Origin: Eledone cirrhosa
Lineage: Eukaryota
NCBI GenBank assembly: GCA_964016885.1
Contig: OZ024747.1
Location: 57,784,001 to 57,848,000 of the forward strand
Direction: 5' to 3'
Length of the DNA stretch: 64,000 nucleotides
Both the position numbers and the translations under genes were made by a program. Below are positions 31,832 through 46,607 of the stretch, one piece after another. Numbering within the stretch: the first letter of the stretch is position 1; every line of letters starts with the position of its first letter. The notes under the pieces were generated by a model. It searched no databases and was not told the origin of the DNA. It was given only the letters and a program-made list of their open reading frames with translations.

Positions 31832-32080
31832 CGATATTAAATAAATGGAAACTATATTTATAAAACCATATTTATTTCATTATATATATTTCAGGGATAT
31901 CATATTAAAAATATGTTATGCCTTCTTCAGACAAAATACAATATAAACAGTTTATAAGACTGTTTATATTGTATTTTGTCTGAAGAAGGCATAACATATT
32001 TTTAATATGATATCCCTGAAATATATATAATGAAATAAATATGGTTTTATAAATATAGTTTCCATTTATTTAATATCGTA
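31830..32080. repeat. Palindrome with ~122-bp arms and a 7-nt loop, with a hammerhead motif in each arm (family G)
   Basis: The arms read as exact reverse complements. CTGAAGA at 31980, helix II agg...cct, then GAAA tatata TA. Related copy at 48125-48245. Confidence 0.9.
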
Positions 32081-32164
32081 AATATACTCCAAATACTTGT
32101 TGAGTGCTTTTATATCAGTTATAAATATTTACTCGTTGTTAACCCAACAATTTAAATAAAACTT

Positions 32165-32205
<41 letters not shown>

Positions 32206-32365
32206 CTAGTGGAGAAATGGCTTTCTTTTAAGCCTAGAAAGGATTTATCGATATTGGTTTTGAAGCGAGTAGCTTAGGATTGGGCTTTTTCAGTTTCTCC
32301 CTAAATCAAATGACCTCTAGAGTATCTATGGGGTAAATGGTTTTATATTATGTCTAGGAAAATGA

Positions 32366-32590
32366 CGGTGGATTAGCATATCGGTAAGAGCGTTAGACAT
32401 CATGCTTTTCAGCATGGAGTTATGGCCCTTTACGTTCTGGATTCAAATACCGCCGAGGTTAACTTTGACCTTCATCCTGACGGAGTCGATCAAATAAAGT
32501 ACCAGTAATGCACTGGGGATCGATTTCATTCACTTCCCCCCCCCCCCCTTCAAATTGCTGGCCTTGTGCGTAAAGTAGAAAATATTACGA
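32366..32590 (+). mobile_element. SINE family S (long variant)
   Basis: ggtggattagcatatcggt...gattcaaataccgccgaggttaactttgaccttcatcc...ggccttgtgcgtaaagtagaa. Confidence 0.85.
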
Positions 32591-33008
32591 CTAGGAAAAT
32601 TTAATCAATATTGATTGTAAAGATCAATGACAATGGCAGTATGAAAAAATTAGCGTTTCAACGCCTGATTCTCTTCGGGAACATCAAAATGGAGTTACAG
32701 TTAATTTCTTCCATATATTAACTTGTCTCTATGACATTAGGCTCCCTTATCGAATATATTTTAAATAGGTGAGATAGAGGAAATACTTTTATACGAGGTT
32801 TTGTTTAAAGTTTTTGAATATTATGGTAGGGGACACGATCCAACGGTAATGCAAGATAGTCTTACATTAGACTTGGTAAAGGGTGTGTATGAGATATTCT
32901 CCACGTCTAGAGTAACATCTAGAGAATCTACTGTAGTTAGGTTGGTCTCTATAGCATATCTTAGACGCAGGCCCGAAAGAGTTGCATTATATTTTTCCTT
33001 AGGGAAAC

Positions 33009-33431
33009 TTTATTTTATCGACCCCCGTAAGGATGAAAGACATAGTTAACCTCGGCGGGATCTGAACCTAGAGTGGCAAGGACGCATAGAGTTACGGCCC
33101 TTGCCATTCTGAGTTCAAATCCCGCCGAGGTTAATTTTGTCTTTCGTCCTTACGGGGTCGATAAAATAAAGTACCAGTAATGCACTGGGTAATTGCTGGC
33201 CTTGTGCCTAAAGTATAAACAATTATATCTTTCCTTATGGTGGTGGTTTGGCAGTATCGGTAGAGGGTCGGACGCGATGCTTTGCAACAAAGAGTTACGG
33301 CCCTTTATGGTCTGAGTTCAAATCCCGCGGAGGTTAACTTTGCCTTTCATCGTTACAGGGTCTATAAAATAAAGCACCAGTTATACACTGGGATAAATGC
33401 TGGCGTTGTTCCAAAAGTAGAAACAATTATA
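33009..33431. mobile_element. SINE family S cluster: inverted fragment, 5'-truncated copy and full copy
   Basis: 33009-33085 is inverted relative to 33095-33170. The full copy at 33238-33431 is flanked by duplicated attatatctttcctta. Confidence 0.88.
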
Positions 33432-33690
33432 TCTTTCCTTAGAGTGTCCCGTGTTCCTTATTTAATCACCGTTCGGGATATTTACGTATTTATTCATGTG
33501 AGGTGTAGTGATTGTAGGCCGTACATACATATTCTGATAATGAAGAATAACTATCTTCTTCAACAAATACAATGAAACCACCAATTCCTTTAAAGCCCGC
33601 AAAATACCGCGTGATCAATTATATAAAGTATAAAATATATTATTTACATATCGAAGACTCATAGGTTCGTAATACTAAATATCATTTAAT

Positions 33691-33860
33691 TAATATTACA
33701 TATATTAAGTAATATTACATATATTAAGTAATATTACATATATTAAGTAATATTACATATATTAAGTAATATTACATATATTAAGTAATATTACATATAT
33801 TAAGTAATATTACATATATTAAGTAATATTACATATATTAAGTAATATTACATATATTGA
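33691..33860. repeat. 19-bp minisatellite (taatattacatatattaag), about 9 copies
   Basis: Direct reading. Confidence 0.95.
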
Positions 33861-34491
33861 GTGCTTATTCGATTTGTGCTATCTATGCAATTTTTTGTAT
33901 GATATACGCATAATGAATTCATTTGCAAAAATATGGGGAATTTCCCCTTGAGACTTACGCATGTGCGTTTACTAACTTCTGCGTCACTCGCAAAATTGGT
34001 TACATAGCAAAATTACCTGTTGATAACGTGATATTCCTTGTTCGATCTTTATGCTGAAAGCTTATAGTTTTAAGCAAACAGTATTATTTATTTAGGTGTC
34101 ATAGAAACCCTACATTTGGATTTTACCACCAACTCCATTTGGGTTCGGGTCGGTTTTTATCATTTATTTTGTTTGACCTGTTTAGCTTGATTTGTTTTTT
34201 TGGCTTAGGTGGTTAATGCCTTCTTAACCACTTTTTCAGTTTGTATGGCGTTTTAACTTATTGTTTAGCTATAGTTTTTTTTTAACTATTGAGCGCTTGC
34301 CAGCATTTCTACGATTTTGCGTTTCGTTTCGCTTTTTCTACTAGCCGAAATACGATTCTCGCTGAATTATATTTATATATATATAATAGAAAACATGAGT
34401 TCCGTTTACATATAAAAAAGGTGACCAATAGAAGGGCTTGATTTGGTACCAACATCAGTATTTCAATGTACTATCCTCACACACACACACA

Positions 34492-34557
<66 letters not shown>

Positions 34558-34574
34558 GAATAGAGGCGATAAAA

Positions 34575-34727
34575 AACAGTTAAACCATTACTCACCAGAG
34601 TAGACGGTAGTAGAGTGGGTAATATCAAAAATTCGGGACACCGACGGCTGAGCTCCGGCCGTTTCATCAGCCAATTCCGAACTAGCTGTTGAAACGTCCG
34701 GAGCTCAGCCGTCGTGTCCCGATTTTT
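34575..34727. mobile_element. Family B terminal repeat, fold-back
   Basis: aaaaattcgggacaccgacggctgagctccggccgtttc... / ...gaaacgtccggagctcagccgtcgtgtcccgattttt. Confidence 0.8.
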
Positions 34728-35525
34728 CACCCCCCCACCCCACCCACACACAAACACACATATATATATATATATATATATATGAGTATGTGTATGTCTG
34801 CATGCGCGGGTGTGTACATACATATGTGTGCGTGCACGATATCAATAAACAAGTTTACAATCATAAAGCAATGGTCACACTGCTGCTATATTAGAATGTG
34901 TTACGCATCGTACCCGAAACCACAAATTGTGAAAAAAACTTTTTAACTACATAAATATATATGAGGATATATATTGTTCACGATTCTTTCTCTAGTATTT
35001 TTGTCAATCCTTCTGTCTGTATGTCTTTTTGAATTAGTGTCAAACGTAATATAGATACAAGTCTAAGAAATAAACCGAATCTGAGACGATTTTCTGTCTA
35101 GACTCTGATTATTCGAGAAATGATGTTAAGAATACAAATAGAATTAACTTACTCTTTTACTTACACAGTAATTATATCTGTTTTATATTTTTTCCAGTTT
35201 AGTCTTTATAAGCATCTAGTTCAGAATCTTAGGTTTGTATTCATGCATACTATTGGAGCGCCTGGAAATTCCATGGTTAGAATCAACTACCAAATATTAA
35301 GAACAGTAAGACTAGTTAAAATGTTTAATTTGAAACACAAATAATATAAAGATCCTGTATTATGAAACAATAATTTGAGTGTTGCCGATATTACAAACCA
35401 CTTTCTTTCTCCTCCCAACACACACCTAACATTCCCTTGCTACAGATCATTGAACAGGTGTCCCTGTTTCCATGCAGATTCCGAAGCTTATGTATTATTT
35501 CTATATTAAATTTCGAAATGGTGTT

Positions 35526-36903
<1,378 letters not shown>

Positions 36904-37010
36904 ATATATATATATATATATATATAAATATATATATTGTTATATATATGTATATCTATATATATAGACATGAAGCAGGCTTTGTATACAAACGGCTCGC
37001 GAATGTGAAA

Positions 37011-37329
37011 ATTAAGTAGTAACATGTGCTTACGCTCTATTTGACTAAATAGAATTAGGATTTTTAAAAATCCCCTGTAAATAGAAAAAAAGCATGCGTA
37101 TTGACGCACATGGAGACGAACCCACATCTTTGGTTTGTGGGTCCAATATGTTACCATTAAGCCAACAGGCCACCCTTTCAATGGGGGTGGGGGTGGGGGT
37201 GTAATTGTAACACATTGCTTCGAAAAACCAGAGAGGTGGATTTTTCCATTCAGAGTGTTTTTTTAAATCCAAATTAATAGACTAACTCTATTTCGTTAAA
37301 TACGTCGTAAGCACATGTTACTACCTAAT
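37011..37329 (-). mobile_element. Small element with ~48-bp imperfect inverted repeats enclosing a tRNA-like sequence
   Basis: attaagtagtaacatgtgcttacg... versus ...cgtaagcacatgttactacctaat. Minus strand about 37100-37172 has tggcttaatggt (A box) and ggttcgtctcc (B box). Confidence 0.55.
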
Positions 37330-37356
37330 ATATATTTACCTATATAACGATATTTA

Positions 37357-37557
37357 ATATAGAAATGTCTTCTAAAGAACTAGAACTGAATCATTCGTAT
37401 GGAATTATCAGGAATGCATATCTGATGATTTCATACGAAGAAAACGGTTCTTGATCTGTAGAAGCCATGTCTATATCAAGTTTCGATGTTTTCACTCTAC
37501 TAATGAATTGAGTACCTAATTTACTGTAATTACCCCCGATACCACACGGGATCTACA
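37357..37557 (+). mobile_element. Family E repeat, old fold-back copy with hammerhead-like motif
   Basis: CTGATGA at 37422 then tttcatacgaagaaaacggttcttgatctgtagaagc resembles 47989-48032; 37357-37411 is an inverted arm. Confidence 0.65.
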
Positions 37558-38218
37558 CACACACACACACACACACATGCACATACACATATATATATAC
37601 TGTAATGGAATCTGAAATTCACTTGATATCCCATAATGTATTCACATTATCGCCGCCGGTTCAAAAACATGTTGATAATCTATGTGTACGTGTGATTCTA
37701 TATGTATGTAAGCCTGTATGGGTTGTTTCTGGGTGTAAGCCTAAATATATATGTATATATATATTATACATATAGTATATCACTGGGAGAGTGATAAGTA
37801 GCATCGACTAATTTACTACAGTGAAATTTATTCAGTAACATAATTCAACAGAGATATAAACTCACCATTGAATCCTAATTTTATGAGCCTCAAGCCTTAT
37901 CTAATATTCGAAGATAGCATTAGCACATACCAACGAAATTATCTCCGTATATAGGGACACAAATATACATTTTTAGATTTATGTTCAACTAAAATTGTTT
38001 CTTATTTCTAGTTTTTTAAATTACATATTTATATTTAAGAGAATTATCTCCATCATTCTCTCCCTTTATATATATATACTTATATGTGTGTGTCTGTCTG
38101 TATGTATGTATATATATGTATATGTATGTATATATATATGTATATCCATTATATATATGTATATCCTTTATATATGTATATATATATATTTATAGATATA
38201 CACATATACCTGTATGTC

Positions 38219-38256
<38 letters not shown>

Positions 38257-38337
38257 ATTTCTATTTTATATATATACATGTATTTCTATTTTATATATAT
38301 ACATGTATTTCTATTTTATATATACACATGTATATCC

Positions 38338-38400
<63 letters not shown>

Positions 38401-38614
38401 TACGTTCATATATAGATGTAAATAGAGACAGGAATTCTTTAATATGACACAGACATTTTACTTTAAATTTCATATTGATTTATTTAATCAGCTTTAACAT
38501 ACGCCCATATATGTAAAATTCTCATATATTTTCTTATATATATATGTAGATATATGTATGTAGAAATAAATAAATAAATAAATATATATATATATATATA
38601 TATATAATATAAAA

Positions 38615-41610
38615 CAATTTTTTTGCACCTTATGCAGAGAGGGTAAACCAGGCATCATTCGCAAATATTGTTCTGTTCCTTTCTTGATCATTCCCAGTCC
38701 CCCCACAATCACTGGTATTGTAACGGCCTTGAGTGCCACATTTTCTCAATTTCAATAAACTGATCTTTATATTTTCGTAGCTTGTCAAATTCTTTTGCCG
38801 CGATATTGTGATCACATGGGATGCTCATATCTATCAATAAACAGACCTTGTTATGTTGATCTTTTACAATGATGTCAGGTCTATTTGCTTTTATGATCCT
38901 GTTAGTATGTACAGGAAAGTGCCAGAGAATTATTACTTTTCTCCTTCAGTTACAGCCTCAGGGTGATGATTGTATCATTTGTCTTCAGCTTTGATTTTAT
39001 AATGCCGACATATTTGTATTCTACTTTACATCCAGAGACTAAGTGATCTACTGTTTCAACCTCAGCATTGCAGAATCGGCATTTTGGGTTTATTCCGTTT
39101 CTCATCACATTGGCCTGGTAATTACGACTCAATAAGCTTTGATCTTGGGCAGCTGAGATGAAGCCTTCACGCTCCGCCTTTAGCCCTGAACTACGTAGCC
39201 ACTGATGGGTGTGCTTTTGGTCAACATCAGTTTGTTTGCTACGGGCCACATACTTGTAATGTAGAGATTTCTGCTCCCAATTTGATGCTAATTGTCCTTG
39301 CCCGTTTGCTTTTGCCAGTGATTTCATGTGCCTAGCAGCATCAGTTGCAACAGTTTCTTTAGTCTGTCCAGCCTGGTTATCAAGCATGAGATCAGTAGCA
39401 TATTTTTTGCTCTCCTTCAAGATAGAATGAAGCTTCTTACTTCTCTCATGCTTTTCAACAAGTTTCAGCATACAGTCGTTAGTTGTTTCAAGGTATTTTA
39501 CCAGTCCAATGATGGTGGTCTTGTAAGCAAGTTCAATTTGGATCAGGCCACGGCCTCCTTGAGTTCTAGGAAGGTAAAGACGATCCACATATGCTTTTGT
39601 GTGGCGCATCCTATTACAGGTCAGTAGCTAACGGACTTTTGTGTCGATTCTTTTGATTTCACTCATATTAAAGTTTAACACACCGAAGCTATAAGTGACA
39701 ACTGGGACTGCCAAGGAATTTATGGCTAGCACTTTGTTACGAGCGTTTAGTTCTGATCTCAGAACTGCACGCACTCTCCTGTAACATTCTTTCCTTATCC
39801 TCTCTTTCATACTTGCATGCTGTATGCCAGATCCCCTTTTAATCCTTAAGTATTTATAGGTTTGTTCCTGCTCAAGTTCCTTTATGATTGTTTCAGCATC
39901 CAATTCAACTGAGTCTGTGTTGACAAGCTTCCCCTTCTTGAAAGTGGCTTTCGCACACTTGTCAAGTCCAAACTCCATCCTGATGTCATCGCTAAACGTT
40001 TTTACTGTCCGCAAAAAGCCTTCCAGTTCGTCATTATCTTTTCAATATAGCTTCAAATCAGCCATATAAAATAGGTGGCTTATTTCTGTTGTTGTCAATT
40101 CTATAACCGTACCCTATTCTATTAAGTTCGGATGTAAGGGGTATTAAAGCTATGCAGAAAAGCAAGGGTGAAAGTGAGTCACCCTGGAATATACCACAGT
40201 TGATGTTTAATTTCCTAGAGCACAGTACCTCAGTGGAATGAGACAATTGGAGATTTGTGTTCCATAATGACAAATTGTGTTTCAGGAAGTTTGAGATCAC
40301 AGGTGAGATTTTGAAGATGTCCAGTGATCTCAGAATCCATGAGTGTGGTATGCTGTCAAAGGCTTTTTTTATAATCGATCCATGCAGAAGTGAGATTTCT
40401 CTGTTTATTATGACAGTTCTCAAGGTTCATACGATTAACGAAAAGCTGATTTTTGCAACCATATGAACCTCGTCGGCGCCCATTTTGTTCAATGGGGAAA
40501 AGATTGTTCTCCTCCAAAAACAGGTATGATTTTACCATGAGAATAGAGGTTAATAGTTTATAAGTGGTGGACAAGCAGGTTATGGGCCGATAGTTTTTTG
40601 GATCTTTGGTTTTGTTGTTCTTTGTTAGAAGCTAGGTAATGCCACTTGCTATCCAATCAGGTGTATTTTTTTGATCTTTCATAATTCAATTAAATAACTT
40701 GACCAGTATATTGTTGATGCAGGGGAGTGAGGAAAGCCAGAAATGTGGCACCCTGTCTCTAACAGGAGATTTCCATTTATGAGATTTATTGAGTGCTTTC
40801 CTTAAGTCCGCTATAGGATGTCTTCCCACGCCTGTTTCTCTAAATTTGTGGAGGATTTTTCCAGGCGACTAAACCAATCTACATTATAATTATATGTCTT
40901 CTGATTCTTCTATGGACGAGGGGTCTTGAATGATTATTTTTTCTTCCCTACTTCTCTATAAAATGACTTGACATTGGATGAGAATAACTTATTTTGCCTG
41001 TAGAAGTTGTTTCGCTTCTCGCATCTACGAATTCGTTGGGCTTTTACTTGGACTTTTTGTTTCATAGATTCTTTTGTTGAAACTATTGCTTCTCTAGAAG
41101 GCAGTCCATATTTTCTATTTAGCTTTCTTACCTTCTTGGATCTTATATTTTTTCCAGCGGTTAACTCACTCAATAAAGATATCTCTCCTCTCATTACGTC
41201 AATCTCCTTTTCGATTCTACTCCTCCAAATTGGTTTACCTCGAAGGTTCGACATTTTTTGTTGTTTTGGTGGTAAACACCTTGTTTCAATTACTCTAGCA
41301 GGTGTATATATGATTTCATTTAACTCAGTAAGATCAGGTTCTAGTTCTTCTATGATTTCTTTTGTCACAGAATTACCAATCATTATTTGTTTTCTATTTT
41401 GGATTGTATTTGGGAGTTTTTGAAGTGGTTCTCTATCATTTATACTAGAATGTCTTACTACTGCAAGCTCATTCAGTATTTTTTGCTTTAATTCCTTCAT
41501 AGTCTCCCTGTGTTCTTCAACAGATGTTTGATTTTCAATTACTGTTTCTAAGTCCCTCTCCTGGCTATTTTCCCCGGGTTCAATAGGGCTTCTCATTTCT
41601 ACAAACCTAT
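38615..41610 (-). mobile_element. Decayed R4/Dong-clade non-LTR retrotransposon (RT plus restriction-like endonuclease), family 1
   Basis: Broken ORFs 40934-41596, 40356-40574 (WIDYKK), 40058-40423 (AFDSIPHSW, GIFQGDSLSPLLF), 39628-40014 (FGLDKC, YKYL), 38950-39609 (RLYLPR..GGRGL, CRFC...ETVDHLVSGC); RPDIIVKD...IDMSIP and IPVIVGGLG at 38640-38890; 5' end abuts degenerate (TAA)n. Confidence 0.92.
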
Positions 41611-41635
41611 ATTATTATGATTATTATTATTAATA

Positions 41636-41818
41636 AGAATAATTGTTTCTACTTTAGGCACAAGGCCAGCAATTACCCAGTTCATTACTGGTACTTTATT
41701 TTATCGACCCCGTAAGGATGAAAGGCAAAGTCAACCTCGGCGGGATTTGAACTCAGATCGTAAAGGGACGTAACTATGCTGGAAAGCATGGCGTCCGACC
41801 CTCTACCGATACTGCCAA
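41636..41818 (-). mobile_element. SINE family S
   Basis: Nearly identical to 15238-15417. Confidence 0.9.
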
Positions 41819-41820
41819 TG

Positions 41821-42192
41821 ATTTCTTTATTGGCCACAAGGGCTGACATCAAGAAAACATTACAGACGGCACAGGACGGTACAGGGCGGTACGATGTGGG
41901 TTTTATGCGTGTAAAGACTTTTATTATTTATATAAGAAAAGAAGAAAAAGGACATAGAAACATATATATATATATATATATATATATAAGCAATAAAAAA
42001 TGAAAATTTCATTGTTTTAATTTTAATTTTATTGTTTATATATATATATGTTTCTATGTCTTTTGTTTTCTCTGCTTATACAAATAATAAAAAATCTTTA
42101 CACGCACAAAACCCACATCGTACCGTCCTGTAACGTTCTGTGCCGTCTGTAATGTTTTTCTTGATGTCAGCCCTTGTGGCCAATAAAGAAAT
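41821..42192. repeat. ~370-bp imperfect palindrome of a retroelement 3' tail
   Basis: atttctttattggccacaagggctgacatcaagaaaac... at the left and ...gtttttcttgatgtcagcccttgtggccaataaagaaat at the right; the arms pair throughout. Confidence 0.88.
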
Positions 42193-42215
42193 CATTATTA
42201 TTATTATTATTATTG

Positions 42216-44036
42216 TTCTTTGAGTCTCAGTCATTGATGTTAGTTAACTGGAAAGTTTGTTAAAATGAATATCAAGCCACTACCTGCAGCCTCAGATATT
42301 CAGGACGTATCGGAGGGTTCTTGCTGTTCCCAGCAAGCATCCCTTTCGAAGCGTTCCAAAAAGCGTGGCGGGGCCAATTTTCTTTAACGATCCCTAGAAA
42401 CTCCTTGAGATAGTCCCTAGTGCGCCTATGACAATCGGGACCACTTTGACTTCATGGCAGTTCCAAATCCTTTTTACCTCCCACTTTAAGTCCTGGTATC
42501 GGTTAATTTTCTCCCTCTCCTTCTCTTGCACTTTCGTGTCGAATGGGCAGGCCACATCCACAATAAGGCACGATCTTTTTTCCTTGTCCAGAACCACCAG
42601 GTCAGGTTTATTGTGTTCCAGTTTCTTGTCCGTCTGTATCCTAAAATCCCACAGCAACTTCACCTGATCGTTTTCTATCACCGACTCTTTCTTATGCTCA
42701 TACCACTTCACAGAATGTGGTAAATTGTTTACTTTGCATAGGTGCCAGTGGATCATCCTGCCTATCACATCATGTCTCCAGCCCTTATAGTGAGTCTGGG
42801 CTAGGTGTTTACACTCGGATACAATGTGAGCGACAGTCTCCTCTCTCTCTCCACAGATCCTGCACAGTTGGCTAACCTCCTCCTTGTAAATATGGTGTTT
42901 CAACCACTTCGTTTTGAGGGCCTGCTCCTGCGCAGCCATTAACATTCCTTCTGTAGCCTTTTCAAGGTCTCCTCTTTTCAACCAGTTCCATGTCTGTGGA
43001 TCTCTGAATTCAGTTTTCTCAAAGAAGGTACTATGAAGGGATTTTTCCTGAAGGCTGCTCTTTCTCCTTGTTGTTATTTCCTCCTTGGACATCCCCTGGT
43101 CTATTGTTCTCTCCTTCAGTACAATTCTGAACATTGGCTCCTTACTATCAGTCACGTATTTGTGTAGGTTTTTTTCTCCATCTGAACACAGTCCTCTATG
43201 CTGATAAGACCTCTTCCACCTTCAGATCTCCTTAAGTAGAGTCTATCGACATCACTCCTCTTGTGGAACATGTTGTAGATAGTCAATAGCTTCCTAGTCT
43301 TCCTATCCATTTCTTTTTGTTCAGCAACATTCCATCTCAGAATTCCCGCACTGTACCTAATAATAGACACAGCTCGGGAATTTACTGCACTTATGGCATT
43401 CCTACTGTTCAGATGTGACTTTAATACGCTCCTTACTCTCCGAATGTATTCATATCTTATCAATTCATTCATTTTTTTGTTCTTGATATCATCAGCCTCC
43501 AGAACACCCAAATACTTGTATCCTTCTTCAGTGTCAATTTCCTTTATCATCTCACATGTTGGTACCTCGATTCCGTTGCTTCTGCTCAATTTACCCCTCT
43601 TCATCACAAAAACTCCACACTTACTAATACCAAATTGCATACATATATCATTGCTGAAAATACGGACAGTGTCAACAAGCACATCCAACTCCTTCTCACT
43701 CTTCCCGAAGAGCTTAAGATCGTCCATGAAGAGGAGGTGATTGATGGTAAGCTCTCCCTTTCCCAACTTGTATCCTGCTCTCACTTTTCGCAGTATAATG
43801 GTCAGGGGCATCAGGGAAAGGACAAACAACAGAGGGGACAGACTATCGCCCTGGAAGATACCTCTCTTGATCTTCACGTCTCCCAAGGATTCTCCAGTTG
43901 ATGTTAACTCTGTTTTCCAGGACTTCATACTTTTGCCCAACAACTGTCTGATGTTATCTGCCACCTTGAAGATTTCTAAGCTTTTGGTGATGCAAGAATG
44001 AGGCACCATGTCAAATGCCTTTTTGTAGTCTATCCA

Positions 44037-44037
<1 letters not shown>
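42216..44037 (-). mobile_element. 5'-truncated R4/Dong-clade LINE, family 2, between (TAA)n tracts
   Basis: ORF 43152-44009 is RT (IFQGDSLSPLLF, HLLFMDDLKLF, YKYLG). ORF 42394-43155 has a CCHC knuckle (CRICG..ETVAHIVSEC), RHD, and KPD...DVACP...EKINRY RLE motifs. The protein ends LLGTARTLRYVLNI* near 42292. (TTA)n at 42194-42214 and 44039-44068. Confidence 0.95.
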
Positions 44038-44129
<92 letters not shown>

Positions 44130-44133
<4 letters not shown>

Positions 44134-44950
44134 ATAATAATAAAATTGAAGACTAAAATCCAAAGAGGGCTCGATAAGGAACATATATATCAAATATATA
44201 AGAACCGTAGAGCAAATATTTATTAAAATAACAGATTAAGGTTTAAGCAAAGAATCGCTGCTTTTGTAGGTATGCAGGTGCGCTTGTTATATACGTAATT
44301 ATTTACTTATATACGTTTATATAATTATTTATTTATTTGTACACAAGCATACACACACACACACATATTTATATGTGCGTGGTTTTGTATACCTATGGTA
44401 AGGTTTTGCGTATGCTTGTGTATGTACGTATCTGTTTGTGTGTATGTATTTATTTGTTTCATTTACTTCTTTATTGTATTTATTTACTTTGTTCTTAGCT
44501 CTGTAGCGGAGATTCATTTGGTCTCCTAGTTAGAATTTTAGTCTACGACTTCTGCTATACCATTTACGTGGTTTTGTCTTTGCGTGCTATTGTTCTCCAC
44601 GCTCCACATATGACTTATTATCTTCGTTTTTTCGTTCATTGCCAGAGAACGTCTCTATGCACCACCTAAGAGAACATTAGTCTACGACCTCTTTTATACC
44701 ATAAACGTGGTTCTGTCTTTGCGCGTAATTGTTTTTCACCGCTCCTATTAATGACGTATTATTCGTTTTTTCCCGTTCTTTGCCAGCGAACGTTACCACG
44801 AACCAAAGTATCGTCTTCCTGTCTTCCTCCGGTTGCAACGTTTTTTGAAATATCCAGTTCTGCGTTCACAGATTGACTTTGTTAGTTTCAGAAGATCCCG
44901 TTAAGGGTGAAAGCAGCGATTCTTTGCTTAAACTTTAATCTGTTATTTTA

Positions 44951-44958
<8 letters not shown>
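44130..44958 (+). mobile_element. Non-coding family A element with inverted 5' arm
   Basis: 44130-44264 matches 930-1066; 44790-44958 matches 2120-2290; the interior matches 36130-36660. Confidence 0.87.
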
Positions 44959-45010
<52 letters not shown>

Positions 45011-45013
45011 TTC

Positions 45014-45103
<90 letters not shown>

Positions 45104-46560
45104 TGTGTGAGTGTGTTTTTGTATGTATTTTGATTGCTATTGTGTAACCTTTATGGTAGAAGTTCTTGGTGGTACAGTGTTTTATCCTTGAGTGTTTGGA
45201 ATACGCTATTTCTTCAACATAAATAATTATGTCAGGGTGGTGTGTTTTGGGTTAAGAGTTGCCAAAACCGTCAGCTATGCTGCGATTATGAGTGGACTCG
45301 TCCAGCTTTTCTAGAATAGTCCACAATTAGGTCGTACATAGCTGGCATGTACTGGAGCTCGTTATATATTATCGGGTCAGTTGTAGTATCCTCAATTGAA
45401 TGGAAATATCCATATTGCTATCTTTAAATTCCGAACATGTATAGAGTTATATCATAATACCGCATCTCTGAAGATCAACTTGGGATTTAGGAAGCCAATC
45501 TCTTCCTTTCTTTTCTTCTAAATGTGTATATGTCGATCTTCCAACAGTTAGATCTCTTTCGTTTTTCAAAGTGTAATTTTATGAATTAATTTAATCTCCT
45601 ACCGATTTACCCCCGATTCTTTTTACTTCATAATACATTTATATTTACAAAATCCTTCCTATGCATTTCTTAATGTTTCATCTTTTGTTTTTGAACTTCT
45701 TCGTATTTGAAGGAAAATATCACAACAATTCAGAATATTTTTTATAGGCTGAGGAATTTGAATCTGGTCGTAGTGAATGATCTGAAACTGTCGAAATCCT
45801 AAATAATCGTGCACAAATGATATATTCTTTCCACAGATTGAGTACTCTTCTAACAACCAAACACTCAATATATATATGACGGTTTTCTATATACCAGATT
45901 CTACCTACAACACAAATGTCATAGAGACAGAAGTGATATCCAAGCGGCTACGAAGTACGATCGGAGCCATAAACAAGTAGCTGAGGAACAGTCGTCATAA
46001 ACCTCAAGAAACAAATCAAATATATAGAGAAAACTGAACCATTGCCAAGAATTTCAGACAACAAATTTATCGAAATTTCACTTGCTGGCCGACTGATTTA
46101 CCAATTACTATAGATATTGTAACACAGCCTATCTTTGCAATGAAGAATTTATGCAATTAATTAGGTGAATGTTAAGAAGATACAATCTAGATAGTGTATA
46201 TTATGCACAGCTGTCCAGCTTTATGTGAAATACGTAGACACAAGGTGAAAGTTTGCGAGGCGAATAACATTGTCAATGATATCGAATCAATACGTTATTC
46301 GTACGTAGTTTATCACCTATGATATATGAAGGATAAAATTGAACGTCAATGTAATTTCAATTACGATATAGCATGCCGAAACAAAATTCAGTAATGCAAT
46401 TAATTCGTCAACATTTCTACGTGGCGTCTATATAGTCAAAATAGTAATAACAGCGAACAGTCTTTAAAATTATAAACAATACAATGCTATAAGCCGAAAC
46501 ACGCCTTGTATAATGTACCATAAATACAGGATCGTATTTACCTATGGATGAAGCCCCAGG

Positions 46561-46601
<41 letters not shown>

Positions 46602-46607
<6 letters not shown>

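Noticed and set aside
45878-46005. Possible ancient CORE-type SINE
   Set aside because: Only a vague resemblance; promoter boxes are not readable
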